Below, in pieces: positions 19,247 to 27,171 of a stretch of 64,000 bases of DNA. Below the pieces are notes generated by a model. It saw only the letters and a program-made list of their open reading frames with translations, was not told the DNA's origin and did not search any database. Source of the DNA: Patescibacteria group bacterium (GTDB taxonomy: Bacteria; Patescibacteriota; Patescibacteriia; UBA11705; DATKZF01); the NCBI GenBank assembly GCA_049319825.1, contig JBMORT010000009.1, positions 3,349 through 67,348 on the forward strand, written 5' to 3'. The translations under genes were made by a program, and so were the position numbers. Numbering within the stretch: position 1 is the stretch's first letter; every line of letters begins with the position of its first letter.

Positions 19247-20013
19247 TCCAGCCGCTTTATAACGGCGAAGTCAAAATCGTATTCTATCCGGAAAGTCATC
19301 GCTACAAACTTGACGGAGAAAAAACTTATCTGGTCAGCGTAACGGCGGCGACTGGGATTCTGGATAAAAGCCGAGTCTTGATTCCGTGGGCTGTAGGATT
19401 GGCCGGGCAACACCTGAGGGAATATCTTGAAGACGCGAAAACAAATCAATTCACGAGAGAGGAATTATATCCGGTGATTGAGGAAGCGTTAAAACAGCAC
19501 GAAATCAAAAAAGAAAAAGCGGCAAATGTCGGAAGCAAAGTCCATGATTGGGTTGAGCGGTTTGCTATCGCGTGCCTGAATGATACTGAGAGGCCAGAAA
19601 TTAACGATATAGACGACGAACAGGTGCTTTTGGGAATCAATGCCTTTGTTGAGTGGTTCAACGCTCACAGCGTCAAATTTCACGCCACGGAGCGACTGCT
19701 CTTTTCGAGAGAGTTCGAATACGCGGGGATCACGGACGCCGTAGCCGAGATCGACAAAAAGAAATATCTGATTGATTACAAGACAAGCAAAGGGATTTAT
19801 TCGGAAATGTATTATCAGGTCGCCGGCTACTGGAAAGCGTACGAAGAAGAAACAAAAGACGAGCTGGCCGGGGCGATTATCTTGAAGTTCGGCAAGGAAG
19901 ACGGGAACTTTGAAACGAAAGAATTTACCAGAGAAGATTTACAAAAGAACTTTGAAATATTCGCCGCCTGCTTGGCGATAAAAAAGCGGGAAAAAGAATT
20001 ATATCGCAAATGA
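19231..20013 (+). CDS. PD-(D/E)xK phage exonuclease
   Basis: SVT..., G..VH, E..L, YAGITD, LIDYKTS, QVAGY. Confidence 0.85.
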   Translation: MSEKIIQPLYNGEVKIVFYPESHRYKLDGEKTYLVSVTAATGILDKSRVLIPWAVGLAGQHLREYLEDAKTNQFTREELYPVIEEALKQHEIKKEKAANVGSKVHDWVERFAIACLNDTERPEINDIDDEQVLLGINAFVEWFNAHSVKFHATERLLFSREFEYAGITDAVAEIDKKKYLIDYKTSKGIYSEMYYQVAGYWKAYEEETKDELAGAIILKFGKEDGNFETKEFTREDLQKNFEIFAACLAIKKREKELYRK

Positions 20014-20014
20014 T

Positions 20015-20278
20015 ATGACGCTATACGACGACGCGAAATTGCTGTTGTCATACCAGCAAAAAATGAACAGCGATAAAGCCAAAAAAAAACGGCTTGAATT
20101 ACAAATCATCAGAAAAATGGGCAAAAAGAAGCGAATTGATATGAAAGACGTTTCACTTATCCGCCATGAGAACGGCGGTGTTCAGGCAAAAACAGGGTTG
20201 AAAAAATTCAGTCTATTCGGGTTTTTGCGGTTTCCCTGGGAGAGCAACAAAAAACCGCGGCAAACTACAACGCATTGA
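20015..20278 (+). CDS. Hypothetical phage protein
   Basis: ORF abutting the previous stop. Confidence 0.55.
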   Translation: MTLYDDAKLLLSYQQKMNSDKAKKKRLELQIIRKMGKKKRIDMKDVSLIRHENGGVQAKTGLKKFSLFGFLRFPWESNKKPRQTTTH

Positions 20279-20358
20279 TATATTTTTTCTGTACAGCTTC
20301 TGATTAAGTGGCGAAAGCCGGCGTCAGGAGGTATCGGCTCGTAGCTAACTGATCGGAG

Positions 20359-20442
20359 GCTCAATGATGGCCTTGATAAATCCACTTCTCCTCACGGAAG
20401 TGAAATTATCCACACCTCACATAATCAAGGCTATCATCGAGC
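20359..20442 (+). ncRNA. Structured leader upstream of the replication initiator
   Basis: GCTCAATGATGGCCTTGAT/ATCAAGGCTATCATCGAGC stem, inner CACTTC/GAAGTG hairpin, TTATCCACA at 20406. Confidence 0.5.
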
Positions 20443-20460
20443 TTAATAATCCCATGCAAT

Positions 20461-21285
20461 ATGTCAGACAAAATACAAATACAAGATGAGAGTGGAGATC
20501 GAAAATATTTCACTGTAATTCCGAATTATGTGCTTAATCACTCAACGATTTATGATCGAGAGGTTTATATCCAGATGAAACGAATCGCTGGAGAATCAGG
20601 GGAGGTTTGGATGAGCCAAACGAAATTAGCGAAACAATGTGGAATTAGCAAACCTCGGATCATTAAGGCCTTGCGTTATCTTTGCGAACACCAGTGGATC
20701 GAGAAAGTTGGTAAAAAGAAAACAAGTCCGGTAGATAGTCAAGGGACGGATGTTTACAAAATAGTAGATTTATGGGATTTGAATAATAATTTTTATCGAA
20801 AAAGTCAAGGGGTCGGTAAAAAAATAGACCGACAGGTCGGTAAACAATTAGGGGGGGGTCGGTCAAAATCCTGCACAGGGGTCGGTAAAAATCCTGCACA
20901 CAAAGAAGAACCAGTGAAGAAGAACCAAGAAGAAGATAACGTTAAGATATTATTATCTGCTGATAATAATATCTTGCAAGCTGACGCTTGCGACGACACA
21001 AAAGAAATAAATAGTCAAATAACGGAAATAATCACTTTGTTTCGAGATAATGTCAATCCGAATATCAATTACGGAAATAAAACATTTCGCAAAGCTACCA
21101 AGCAGATGATCGATAAATACGGATTCCAGGAATTAAAACGCGGAGTAGAGGCGTCAATTGCGGTGCAAGGCCAGCCTTACGCTCCCGTGATAACAACGCC
21201 TTATCAATTCCAGCTTAAAATGGGCGAGTTAAAAATCTATTTTGATAAAGAAAAAAATAAAACAAATAAATTCGGATCAATATGA
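20461..21285 (+). CDS. Replication initiator (wHTH, lambda O-like layout)
   Basis: FTVIPN, SQTKLAKQCGISKPRIIKALRYL HTH, internal iterons. Confidence 0.8.
   Translation: MSDKIQIQDESGDRKYFTVIPNYVLNHSTIYDREVYIQMKRIAGESGEVWMSQTKLAKQCGISKPRIIKALRYLCEHQWIEKVGKKKTSPVDSQGTDVYKIVDLWDLNNNFYRKSQGVGKKIDRQVGKQLGGGRSKSCTGVGKNPAHKEEPVKKNQEEDNVKILLSADNNILQADACDDTKEINSQITEIITLFRDNVNPNINYGNKTFRKATKQMIDKYGFQELKRGVEASIAVQGQPYAPVITTPYQFQLKMGELKIYFDKEKNKTNKFGSI
20809..20900 (+). repeat. Iterons / phage origin
   Basis: GGTCGGT(A/C)AA at 20811, 20835, 20857 and 20880 (22-24 bp period) inside the initiator gene, followed by A-rich DNA. Confidence 0.75.
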
Positions 21286-21776
21286 AAATAATTTTTTACA
21301 GTTCAAATTCTCAATTCGTGTTATTGGATAATGAATTTGTAAGTTTTATCAAAGAATTAGAGACAAAAAAACGAGTTTGGATCCCACGGCTAAAAGTATT
21401 TTTGAGCGATATGTTTATCTGGGCAGGCGACAAACCACCGGATAAAACAAAGGGCTATTTGCATGACGGGACTTATGTCGAAAAAAGAATGGGTAAATGG
21501 ATTGATCCACTACGTCCCGAAATCAATTTAGATTATAAATATTATCCGGAATTAGCCAAAGATGAAATTTTAACCGAATTGGAATATTTTGGCACTATCT
21601 CAAAAACTTTAAATACGAAAAAAATGAAGCGATTAGAAGAAGCCGAATTTAAAAGACGAAAAGAGAATGATGATGAAAAAACCAAGGAAGCAGAAGCGGT
21701 GGGAATGTCCCGCCAACAATTAGATGAGATTGAAGAAGAATTATGTGCAGGCAAGCTGTTTGATGTGTCAGAATGA
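21282..21776 (+). CDS. Hypothetical phage protein
   Basis: ATGA overlap with the initiator. Confidence 0.7.
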   Translation: MKIIFYSSNSQFVLLDNEFVSFIKELETKKRVWIPRLKVFLSDMFIWAGDKPPDKTKGYLHDGTYVEKRMGKWIDPLRPEINLDYKYYPELAKDEILTELEYFGTISKTLNTKKMKRLEEAEFKRRKENDDEKTKEAEAVGMSRQQLDEIEEELCAGKLFDVSE

Positions 21777-21800
21777 AACTATTAACCCAAATTTATTAAT

Positions 21801-22190
21801 ATGGTCCCCAAACACTTAGCCGCGGTGCAAAACGGCAATCTCAAAATGTTCTACCCCGAGCGTTATCAGCAATGGCTGAATAACCTGAATGGATTCGTGG
21901 AAGTGGTGGTGAAGCCGCGCCGGCATGATCGAAGCGATAAGCAGAATAATTATCTCTGGGGCGTAGTGTATAAGCTTATTTCCGAGCATACCGGATACAG
22001 CGACGAGGAAGTCCACTTGATTTTTAAGACGATGTTTCTGAAAAAAAGGATAGGCCAATTCGAGGTTGTGGGAAGCACTGCAAAACTCAATACCAAAGAA
22101 TTTACTGAATATATTAACAAAATAATCGACTGGGCCGCGCGGGAACTGCTGGTTGAAATTCCTTTGCCGGACGCCGTTGAATATGACTGA
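21801..22190 (+). CDS. NinB/Orf-like protein
   Basis: RSDKQNNYLWGVVY..IS...G; STAKLNTKEFTEYI..I. Confidence 0.75.
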   Translation: MVPKHLAAVQNGNLKMFYPERYQQWLNNLNGFVEVVVKPRRHDRSDKQNNYLWGVVYKLISEHTGYSDEEVHLIFKTMFLKKRIGQFEVVGSTAKLNTKEFTEYINKIIDWAARELLVEIPLPDAVEYD

Positions 22191-22641
22191 ACAATTACCG
22201 AAATTATTTATATTTCTTTCGCAAAAAGAATTGTCGAATTTTAGCGGAGACTTAAAACCACTGAAAAATTATTCACAAGGAATTTGGGCCCGGGATTTGG
22301 AAGACGCGCTTAATTTACTGGAAACGGATTTCGCTGGCCATAAATACCCGTTTCAATTTCTGAACAGCTATACTTTCGATGATTTGATAAAAAAGTCCGG
22401 AGTGAAAGTCGAGATGAAAAAAGATAAAGAAAATACAAATAAAATAACCATTTTAGCTCAGGCGATTTATTACATTGAATTTTTACTGAATGATAAGGCG
22501 GCCGAGCCATTTCGAGCTTTATTAAACGAAACAGATATAAAAAATTTAGCAAGGATAAAAACAAAATTAAGAAAGTATGACGGAGAAAGAAGCGAAAATG
22601 CTGGACAAGTTATTCCAAACGCACCTGCTCGACAAGTATAA
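22183..22641 (+). CDS. Hypothetical phage protein
   Basis: ORF overlapping both neighbours; start taken at MTEQL. Confidence 0.6.
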   Translation: MTEQLPKLFIFLSQKELSNFSGDLKPLKNYSQGIWARDLEDALNLLETDFAGHKYPFQFLNSYTFDDLIKKSGVKVEMKKDKENTNKITILAQAIYYIEFLLNDKAAEPFRALLNETDIKNLARIKTKLRKYDGERSENAGQVIPNAPARQV

Positions 22642-22933
22642 TCACATTTCGCTTTTGGGGGGCAGAGCGACCGTGATTCATCACATCAAGCACAAATCGC
22701 AGGGATTGGCGCTTAGATGGTATACGCCGAACGGTATCCCGCTTACGCTTGAACAGCATAATCAAATCCACGGGAAAAACAAGAGCATAATCGAAGCGGA
22801 AATATTCAAAAATAAAAACAATGATTTGAAAAAAAAATTGATTTATCAGGCGCGAACAAAACTGAAATTATCGCAAATAAGATTTGAGGAAGTTAAAAAT
22901 CATATTATCGGCGACGCCGAAAATTATATATAA
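22577..22933 (+). CDS. NinG/HNH-like protein lacking Cys ligands
   Basis: HHIKHKSQGLALRWYTPNGIPLTLEQHNQIH. Confidence 0.6.
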   Translation: MTEKEAKMLDKLFQTHLLDKYNHISLLGGRATVIHHIKHKSQGLALRWYTPNGIPLTLEQHNQIHGKNKSIIEAEIFKNKNNDLKKKLIYQARTKLKLSQIRFEEVKNHIIGDAENYI

Positions 22934-22937
22934 AAAT

Positions 22938-23174
22938 ATGTCAGGTTATTTAGAAAAACCGACACAAGAACAAAGAATTTTAAAGATACTACAAGAGGCC
23001 GGGGATTGGGTCGACGGGATGACTTTTTTGAGACTTGATAGCCCAGTTACGCAATATCATGCCCGTATATTTGGCCTTCAACGAAAAGGTTATTAGATTG
23101 AGGGCGATTGGGTAGAGGGCAAAAACTGGAAAAAGTATCGGCTCATTCCCGGCCAGCAGAAATTAGTTTTATGA
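22938..23174 (+). pseudogene. Small winged-HTH protein interrupted by an in-frame TAG (23094-23096)
   Basis: TQEQRILKIL...ARIFGLQRKGY*IEGDWVEGKNWKKYRL; the frame continues to a TGA that overlaps the next ATG. Confidence 0.65.
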
Positions 23175-23341
23175 AAACAATACAAAGTAAAAGGTTTTCA
23201 ATACATATGCTGGACAAAAATTCTCTTGAGCACGATAAGTTTCTGAAAGAATACATCCAGCTTGCAAAAGAAGAAATCGCCGAGTGGCAAAAGTTCAAGA
23301 AGCAGTGCGAGAGGATTTTGAAAAATAAACTAAAAAAATAA
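23171..23341 (+). CDS. Hypothetical phage protein
   Basis: ATG 23171 in ATGA overlap. Confidence 0.55.
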   Translation: MKTIQSKRFSIHMLDKNSLEHDKFLKEYIQLAKEEIAEWQKFKKQCERILKNKLKK

Positions 23342-23352
23342 ATTATAAATTT

Positions 23353-23559
23353 ATGAAATACACAATCAAAAAAAGAGATTCAGATGAAGTTTTAGTAGAG
23401 GGTGAAGCTGAAAGTTTTAGAGATTTTGTCGAGAAAAACAAAATGGATTTACGGGGAGCGGATTTATCCAAAACGGATTTGTCCGGAGTGGAAATCAAAG
23501 CCTCGCAAAAAGAAGCATTATTAAAAGCATTAAGGATTGACATAACCGAGGAGGAGTAA
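23353..23559 (+). CDS. Short pentapeptide-repeat protein
   Basis: MDLRGADLSKTDLSGVEI. Confidence 0.7.
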   Translation: MKYTIKKRDSDEVLVEGEAESFRDFVEKNKMDLRGADLSKTDLSGVEIKASQKEALLKALRIDITEEE

Positions 23560-23560
23560 G

Positions 23561-23791
23561 GTGGCAATCAGGGTTGTCTGTTGCGTATGCAGGGAAGTGC
23601 TGGCCTATAAGGACTGTTATACGCCAGGAGTGAAGACGAGCCATGGGTGGTGCGAGCCGTGCTTGCGAGAACACTGTCCTGAGGTGGCAGAGGAGGTGAT
23701 CGAATCATGCAAGACCGAGCCGAGGCCAAGCCAGTTGCAGCTCAAGCTGTGCGAATCATGTATTGCCTCGCGAAATGATTCGCAAGTTTGA
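23561..23791 (+). CDS. Small Zn-finger protein
   Basis: CCVC...SHGWCEPC; GGAGGAG RBS, GTG start. Confidence 0.6.
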   Translation: MAIRVVCCVCREVLAYKDCYTPGVKTSHGWCEPCLREHCPEVAEEVIESCKTEPRPSQLQLKLCESCIASRNDSQV

Positions 23792-23849
23792 GAATAAAAG
23801 ACGCATAAACAATTTTATGCGTCGGTCAAAAAAACATTATTTAATATAT

Positions 23850-24668
23850 ATGCCAAAAGGTAAACAAGGATTTCAAAAAGGAAACAAGCTTGGCCATTCA
23901 AACAAGGGAAGAAAAATGTCAAGCGCGTTTAAAAAAGCAATAAGTTTAAGACAAACTGGTAGGAAATTATCAGAAAACTGGAAAAGAAATATAAGTGAAT
24001 CTTTGAAAAAAAAGACATATCTTAGATTGCCGTCTTGTCATTCTCAGGGATATATTTTGATTTATAATCCGAAACATATTTATTGTAATAAGGATGGATA
24101 TATTCCTGAGCATAGGTTCAAATTGGAATGTGAATTGGGAATTATCATAAATCCAGTTAAATTTATCGTGCATCATAAAGACGGAAATAAAAAAAACAAT
24201 AAGATAAATAATTTACAATTATTAACACGAAAAGATCATAGGAGATTACATGAGGGTTGGCTCAGAAAAATGGATGGTTGGTATAAGCATTGTCATTCCT
24301 GCGGTGTATTATTAAAAGTTTGTGAGGATAATTTTTATAAAAGAAAATCTGGAAAATTTATTTCATGGTGTAAGAATTGTAATAAAAATGTAGTTTACGA
24401 AAGACGGTTTAGAGAGAAAGAGAGGAGGATGGCGGATGAATGTTCAGCCCAAAAACGACATAACACATTACTTTTATTGTCATGTTTGCGGTCGTGTAGA
24501 ATTACACGAAAGGCTGGGCGTGATACAGACAGGCGATACGCAGACCAAGCAGAGGCTGGTGTTGGTGCAGTGGCAGTGTCCTCGTTGCGGAGACAAGTGC
24601 TATGTGCAGGAAAGGAAGTGAGAACGCGGGGCAGGCCAAGTCTTGCCCCCGAAAATTATGAAAAATAA
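23850..24668 (+). CDS. NUMOD3-like + HNH homing endonuclease
   Basis: FQKGNKLG, MSSAFKKAIS/LSENWKRNIS repeats, EHR, VHHKDGNKKNNKINNL..H..H, CxxC...CxxC. Confidence 0.8.
   Translation: MPKGKQGFQKGNKLGHSNKGRKMSSAFKKAISLRQTGRKLSENWKRNISESLKKKTYLRLPSCHSQGYILIYNPKHIYCNKDGYIPEHRFKLECELGIIINPVKFIVHHKDGNKKNNKINNLQLLTRKDHRRLHEGWLRKMDGWYKHCHSCGVLLKVCEDNFYKRKSGKFISWCKNCNKNVVYERRFREKERRMADECSAQKRHNTLLLLSCLRSCRITRKAGRDTDRRYADQAEAGVGAVAVSSLRRQVLCAGKEVRTRGRPSLAPENYEK
24436..24621 (+). CDS. Small Zn-ribbon protein nested in the HNH 3' extension
   Basis: CHVC...CPRC; GAGGAGG upstream. Confidence 0.55.
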   Translation: MNVQPKNDITHYFYCHVCGRVELHERLGVIQTGDTQTKQRLVLVQWQCPRCGDKCYVQERK

Positions 24669-24870
24669 AATACACACAAAAAAATGGTTTATTCGTCGGA
24701 TAGGTAAGCGAGTATTCAGGGATGCTGACGGGTGTGAATGTGATTTGTGCAGAAATGTCGTTGAAAACGGAATTATTATAAACGACAAGCAACACGCCGA
24801 TTATATGTATGAGATGCAATGGGAATGTGCTAATTTGGGGACTTATTTAAATTATAGAGATAAAAAGTAA
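24658..24870 (+). CDS. Hypothetical protein (CxCxxC)
   Basis: WFIRRIGKRVFR...CECDLC. Confidence 0.6.
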   Translation: MKNKIHTKKWFIRRIGKRVFRDADGCECDLCRNVVENGIIINDKQHADYMYEMQWECANLGTYLNYRDKK

Positions 24871-24887
24871 TAAATAACTAAAACATT

Positions 24888-25232
24888 ATGACAAAAACAA
24901 TTGAGGTGTCAAACGAAACATTTGAGTTAATCAAAGATCAATTAGGTGATGATTTTACTGATGATTCGTTCGATGAATTGGTCGGTAAAAAAGTGTTTAT
25001 GAGGACGGTGACTTATCACATGTTAGGAGAAGTCAAAAAGAAAGTTGGTAATTTTTTATTGTTAAAGGACGCGTCATGGGTAGCGGATTCAAAAAGGTTT
25101 TCCGATTTTATTAAAAAGGGTGTTCAAGATGAAACTCCTGAAATTGAACCAGTAGGAGAAGTGATGGTCAATATGGACTCGGTAGTGGATTTGTATATTT
25201 GGAAACATAAATTACCGACCAAACAACAATAA
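24888..25232 (+). CDS. Sm/SH3-like small beta protein (DUF6948-like)
   Basis: GKKVFMRTVTYHMLGEV...LLLKDASWVADSKRF. Confidence 0.6.
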   Translation: MTKTIEVSNETFELIKDQLGDDFTDDSFDELVGKKVFMRTVTYHMLGEVKKKVGNFLLLKDASWVADSKRFSDFIKKGVQDETPEIEPVGEVMVNMDSVVDLYIWKHKLPTKQQ

Positions 25233-25235
25233 TTT

Positions 25236-25409
25236 ATGAACATTTTTATTAAATATATTGGGTCTTGGTCTTGGTCTCGGTCTGGGTCTGGGTCTGGGTC
25301 TCAGTCTTGGTCTTGGTCTTGGTCTCGGTCTTGGTCTTGGTCTCGGTCTTGGTCTGGGTCTCGGTCTTGGTCTGGGTCTCGGTCTTGGTCTGGGTTTTGG
25401 TCTCGGTAA
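25236..25409 (+). CDS. 57-aa Ser-Xaa (W/R/G) dipeptide-repeat peptide, absent from the ORF track
   Basis: ATG 3 nt after the previous stop; TAA immediately after the last repeat unit. Confidence 0.7.
   Translation: MNIFIKYIGSWSWSRSGSGSGSQSWSWSWSRSWSWSRSWSGSRSWSGSRSWSGFWSR
25263..25406 (+). repeat. 24 x hexamer TCT(T/C/G)GG
   Basis: Counted directly; two variant units (TCTCAG, TTTTGG). Confidence 0.95.
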
Positions 25410-25595
25410 TTTTATGATATATAGACTTCGTGGCAAGGGAAAACTTAATAACAAAAAGCGATGGAAAAATCTAAATATTCTTTGTAAAAAGACTGAAAAA
25501 AGGCACGACCTCTTATGTCGGGGTAGGAATGAATCCTGATTATTATAATACGCATAAAAAATCTAAGAAGTGGTGGCAGATTTGGAAATAATTAT

Positions 25596-25871
25596 ATGAA
25601 AAAACAAAATAACATTTCAGAAGATAGAATTAAGTGGTTATGTGAAAATGTTAAGGGTTGGATGATATATGCAGGATTGCCAAGGCATAAAGATTGTAGG
25701 TTGATTTTAGAGTTTATTGATAAGGATGATTTTTTAGAGGTAGGCAAATTCGAGGTATGGGGAGATAAAGAGATGGACAAACATCAAAAAGCGGAAATTC
25801 AACACTTGAAAAATTTTGCGAAGGAATGTTTAATTTATGCGCGAGACGCAAAAAATATAATTAAAATATGA
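25596..25871 (+). CDS. Hypothetical phage protein
   Basis: ORF in operon direction. Confidence 0.55.
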   Translation: MKKQNNISEDRIKWLCENVKGWMIYAGLPRHKDCRLILEFIDKDDFLEVGKFEVWGDKEMDKHQKAEIQHLKNFAKECLIYARDAKNIIKI

Positions 25872-25899
25872 TTATTGATAATTCAAATAATTAAAATTT

Positions 25900-26199
25900 A
25901 TGAATGAAAAAATTAATCAACCTGATTTTATTGGTATGCCGGATAGGGATGTTTTATTGGGTGCCCTACACACCGCCCGGGTGGAGTGTTTATCGCAGAT
26001 AGCATTATTTACGACAAACAGAAAGTTTTTAGAAAAAAGACAATTTCGGGAAGGATTAAATCCAAAGCACAACAAGAATGAGTATCAAAAATTATTAGGA
26101 GAATTACAAAAACAAAAACGAAATTTAGAAACAACAGAAATTCAATTGGAAGCGATAAAAGAAGTAATCAAGGATGTTGGCAAGATTTTAGAAGAATAA
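25900..26199 (+). CDS. Hypothetical coiled-coil protein
   Basis: ORF in operon direction. Confidence 0.6.
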   Translation: MNEKINQPDFIGMPDRDVLLGALHTARVECLSQIALFTTNRKFLEKRQFREGLNPKHNKNEYQKLLGELQKQKRNLETTEIQLEAIKEVIKDVGKILEE

Positions 26200-26201
26200 A
26201 G

Positions 26202-26412
26202 TTATCCACTTGCATTATTTTTTATAATACTATAAGCAGAGATTAGTCAGGGGGATGATAATCTGTACGAAAGGCCTCGTTAAAGGACGGGGTTATTTTT
26301 GTTTAAAAATTGTAGTATTGCGCCTTCTTGAAAAAAGAAGGTTTGACAACGCATTTTGTCTTTCTCACAAAGCCTTTAACTCACTCTTTCGACCAGTGGG
26401 TTGAGGGCGCAA
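26202..26412 (+). promoter_or_regulatory. Putative late promoter, terminator-like hairpin and multibranch RNA
   Basis: TTATCCACT next to TTGCAT and TATAAT; GGCCTCGT/ACGGGGTT plus T tract; TTGCGCCTTC/GAGGGCGCAA stem (26318-26412). Confidence 0.5.
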
Positions 26413-26423
26413 GACTATAACTT

Positions 26424-26522
26424 ATGCCGTATAAAAAACCAAAAAAGGTTAAAGGGGGCTGCAAAATAATCAGATATAAATCCAAAGAAAAAGCAGCCCG
26501 CGCGGCCCGGGCCATAAAATAG
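26424..26522 (+). CDS. 32-aa basic peptide MPYKKPKK...
   Basis: Manual translation; its stop abuts the next ATG. Confidence 0.5.
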   Translation: MPYKKPKKVKGGCKIIRYKSKEKAARAARAIK

Positions 26523-26523
26523 T

Positions 26524-26823
26524 ATGCCTATACAAACAATAGAAGAATATTGCGTTATATGCGACAACAAAACGACATGGATGGCCTCCCAGATAGTCGG
26601 CCAGCAAACATCCACGACTTTTCGTGATTTTACAAAAGAAAATGAAACAAAAGACGGTTATGACAAAAAAATGGAAAAAGGGCTGAAGTATACGGCAGAG
26701 ATAATGTTTATCTGCCAATCTTGTTTGAAAAATAAATTAACAAAACAAATTGAAGTTAAAAAAATAGCTGAGACTAAACTCACTAAAATGAAATATGAAG
26801 AAACCGCAAAAATTGACAATTAA
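26524..26823 (+). CDS. Zn-finger protein
   Basis: CVIC...CQSC. Confidence 0.55.
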   Translation: MPIQTIEEYCVICDNKTTWMASQIVGQQTSTTFRDFTKENETKDGYDKKMEKGLKYTAEIMFICQSCLKNKLTKQIEVKKIAETKLTKMKYEETAKIDN

Positions 26824-27169
26824 ACAGCGAAAACTGCAAAAGTTAATATTGGAAAATTTGGGAAAAGAGGGGGGATCAATGACGATGACCGAAATGATGA
26901 TAAAGGCCGGATATTCTAAAAGTACCGCTCATGAACAGTCCAGAACCTTGTGCGGCATTAAAGACAAAATTGAACCTTTTATTGAAAAATTAGAATCAGA
27001 AAAAGAGGCGATTTTAGATGAAATGATAAAAAAACGGAGTAAGGCGAGATATGCCGATCTTACTACGGCCTTTGATAAAATATCAAAACACGCTCAATTA
27101 TTGCGAGGAAAACCCACGGAAATCAATGAACATAGCATTTCTGCGATATTAGATAAATTGGAGCAATAG
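26795..27169 (+). CDS. Terminase small subunit
   Basis: MIKAGYSKSTA motif; directly precedes TerL. Confidence 0.75.
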   Translation: MKKPQKLTIKQRKLQKLILENLGKEGGSMTMTEMMIKAGYSKSTAHEQSRTLCGIKDKIEPFIEKLESEKEAILDEMIKKRSKARYADLTTAFDKISKHAQLLRGKPTEINEHSISAILDKLEQ

Positions 27170-27171
27170 AT

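Noticed and set aside
19231-20013. Cas4 call
   Set aside because: No four-Cys Fe-S pattern or array; position next to Sak4 fits a recombination exonuclease.
25212-25539. ORF-track (GL)n and (PR)n proteins
   Set aside because: They are other frames of the hexamer array; only the SX frame has an ATG just after the upstream stop and a stop exactly at the array end.
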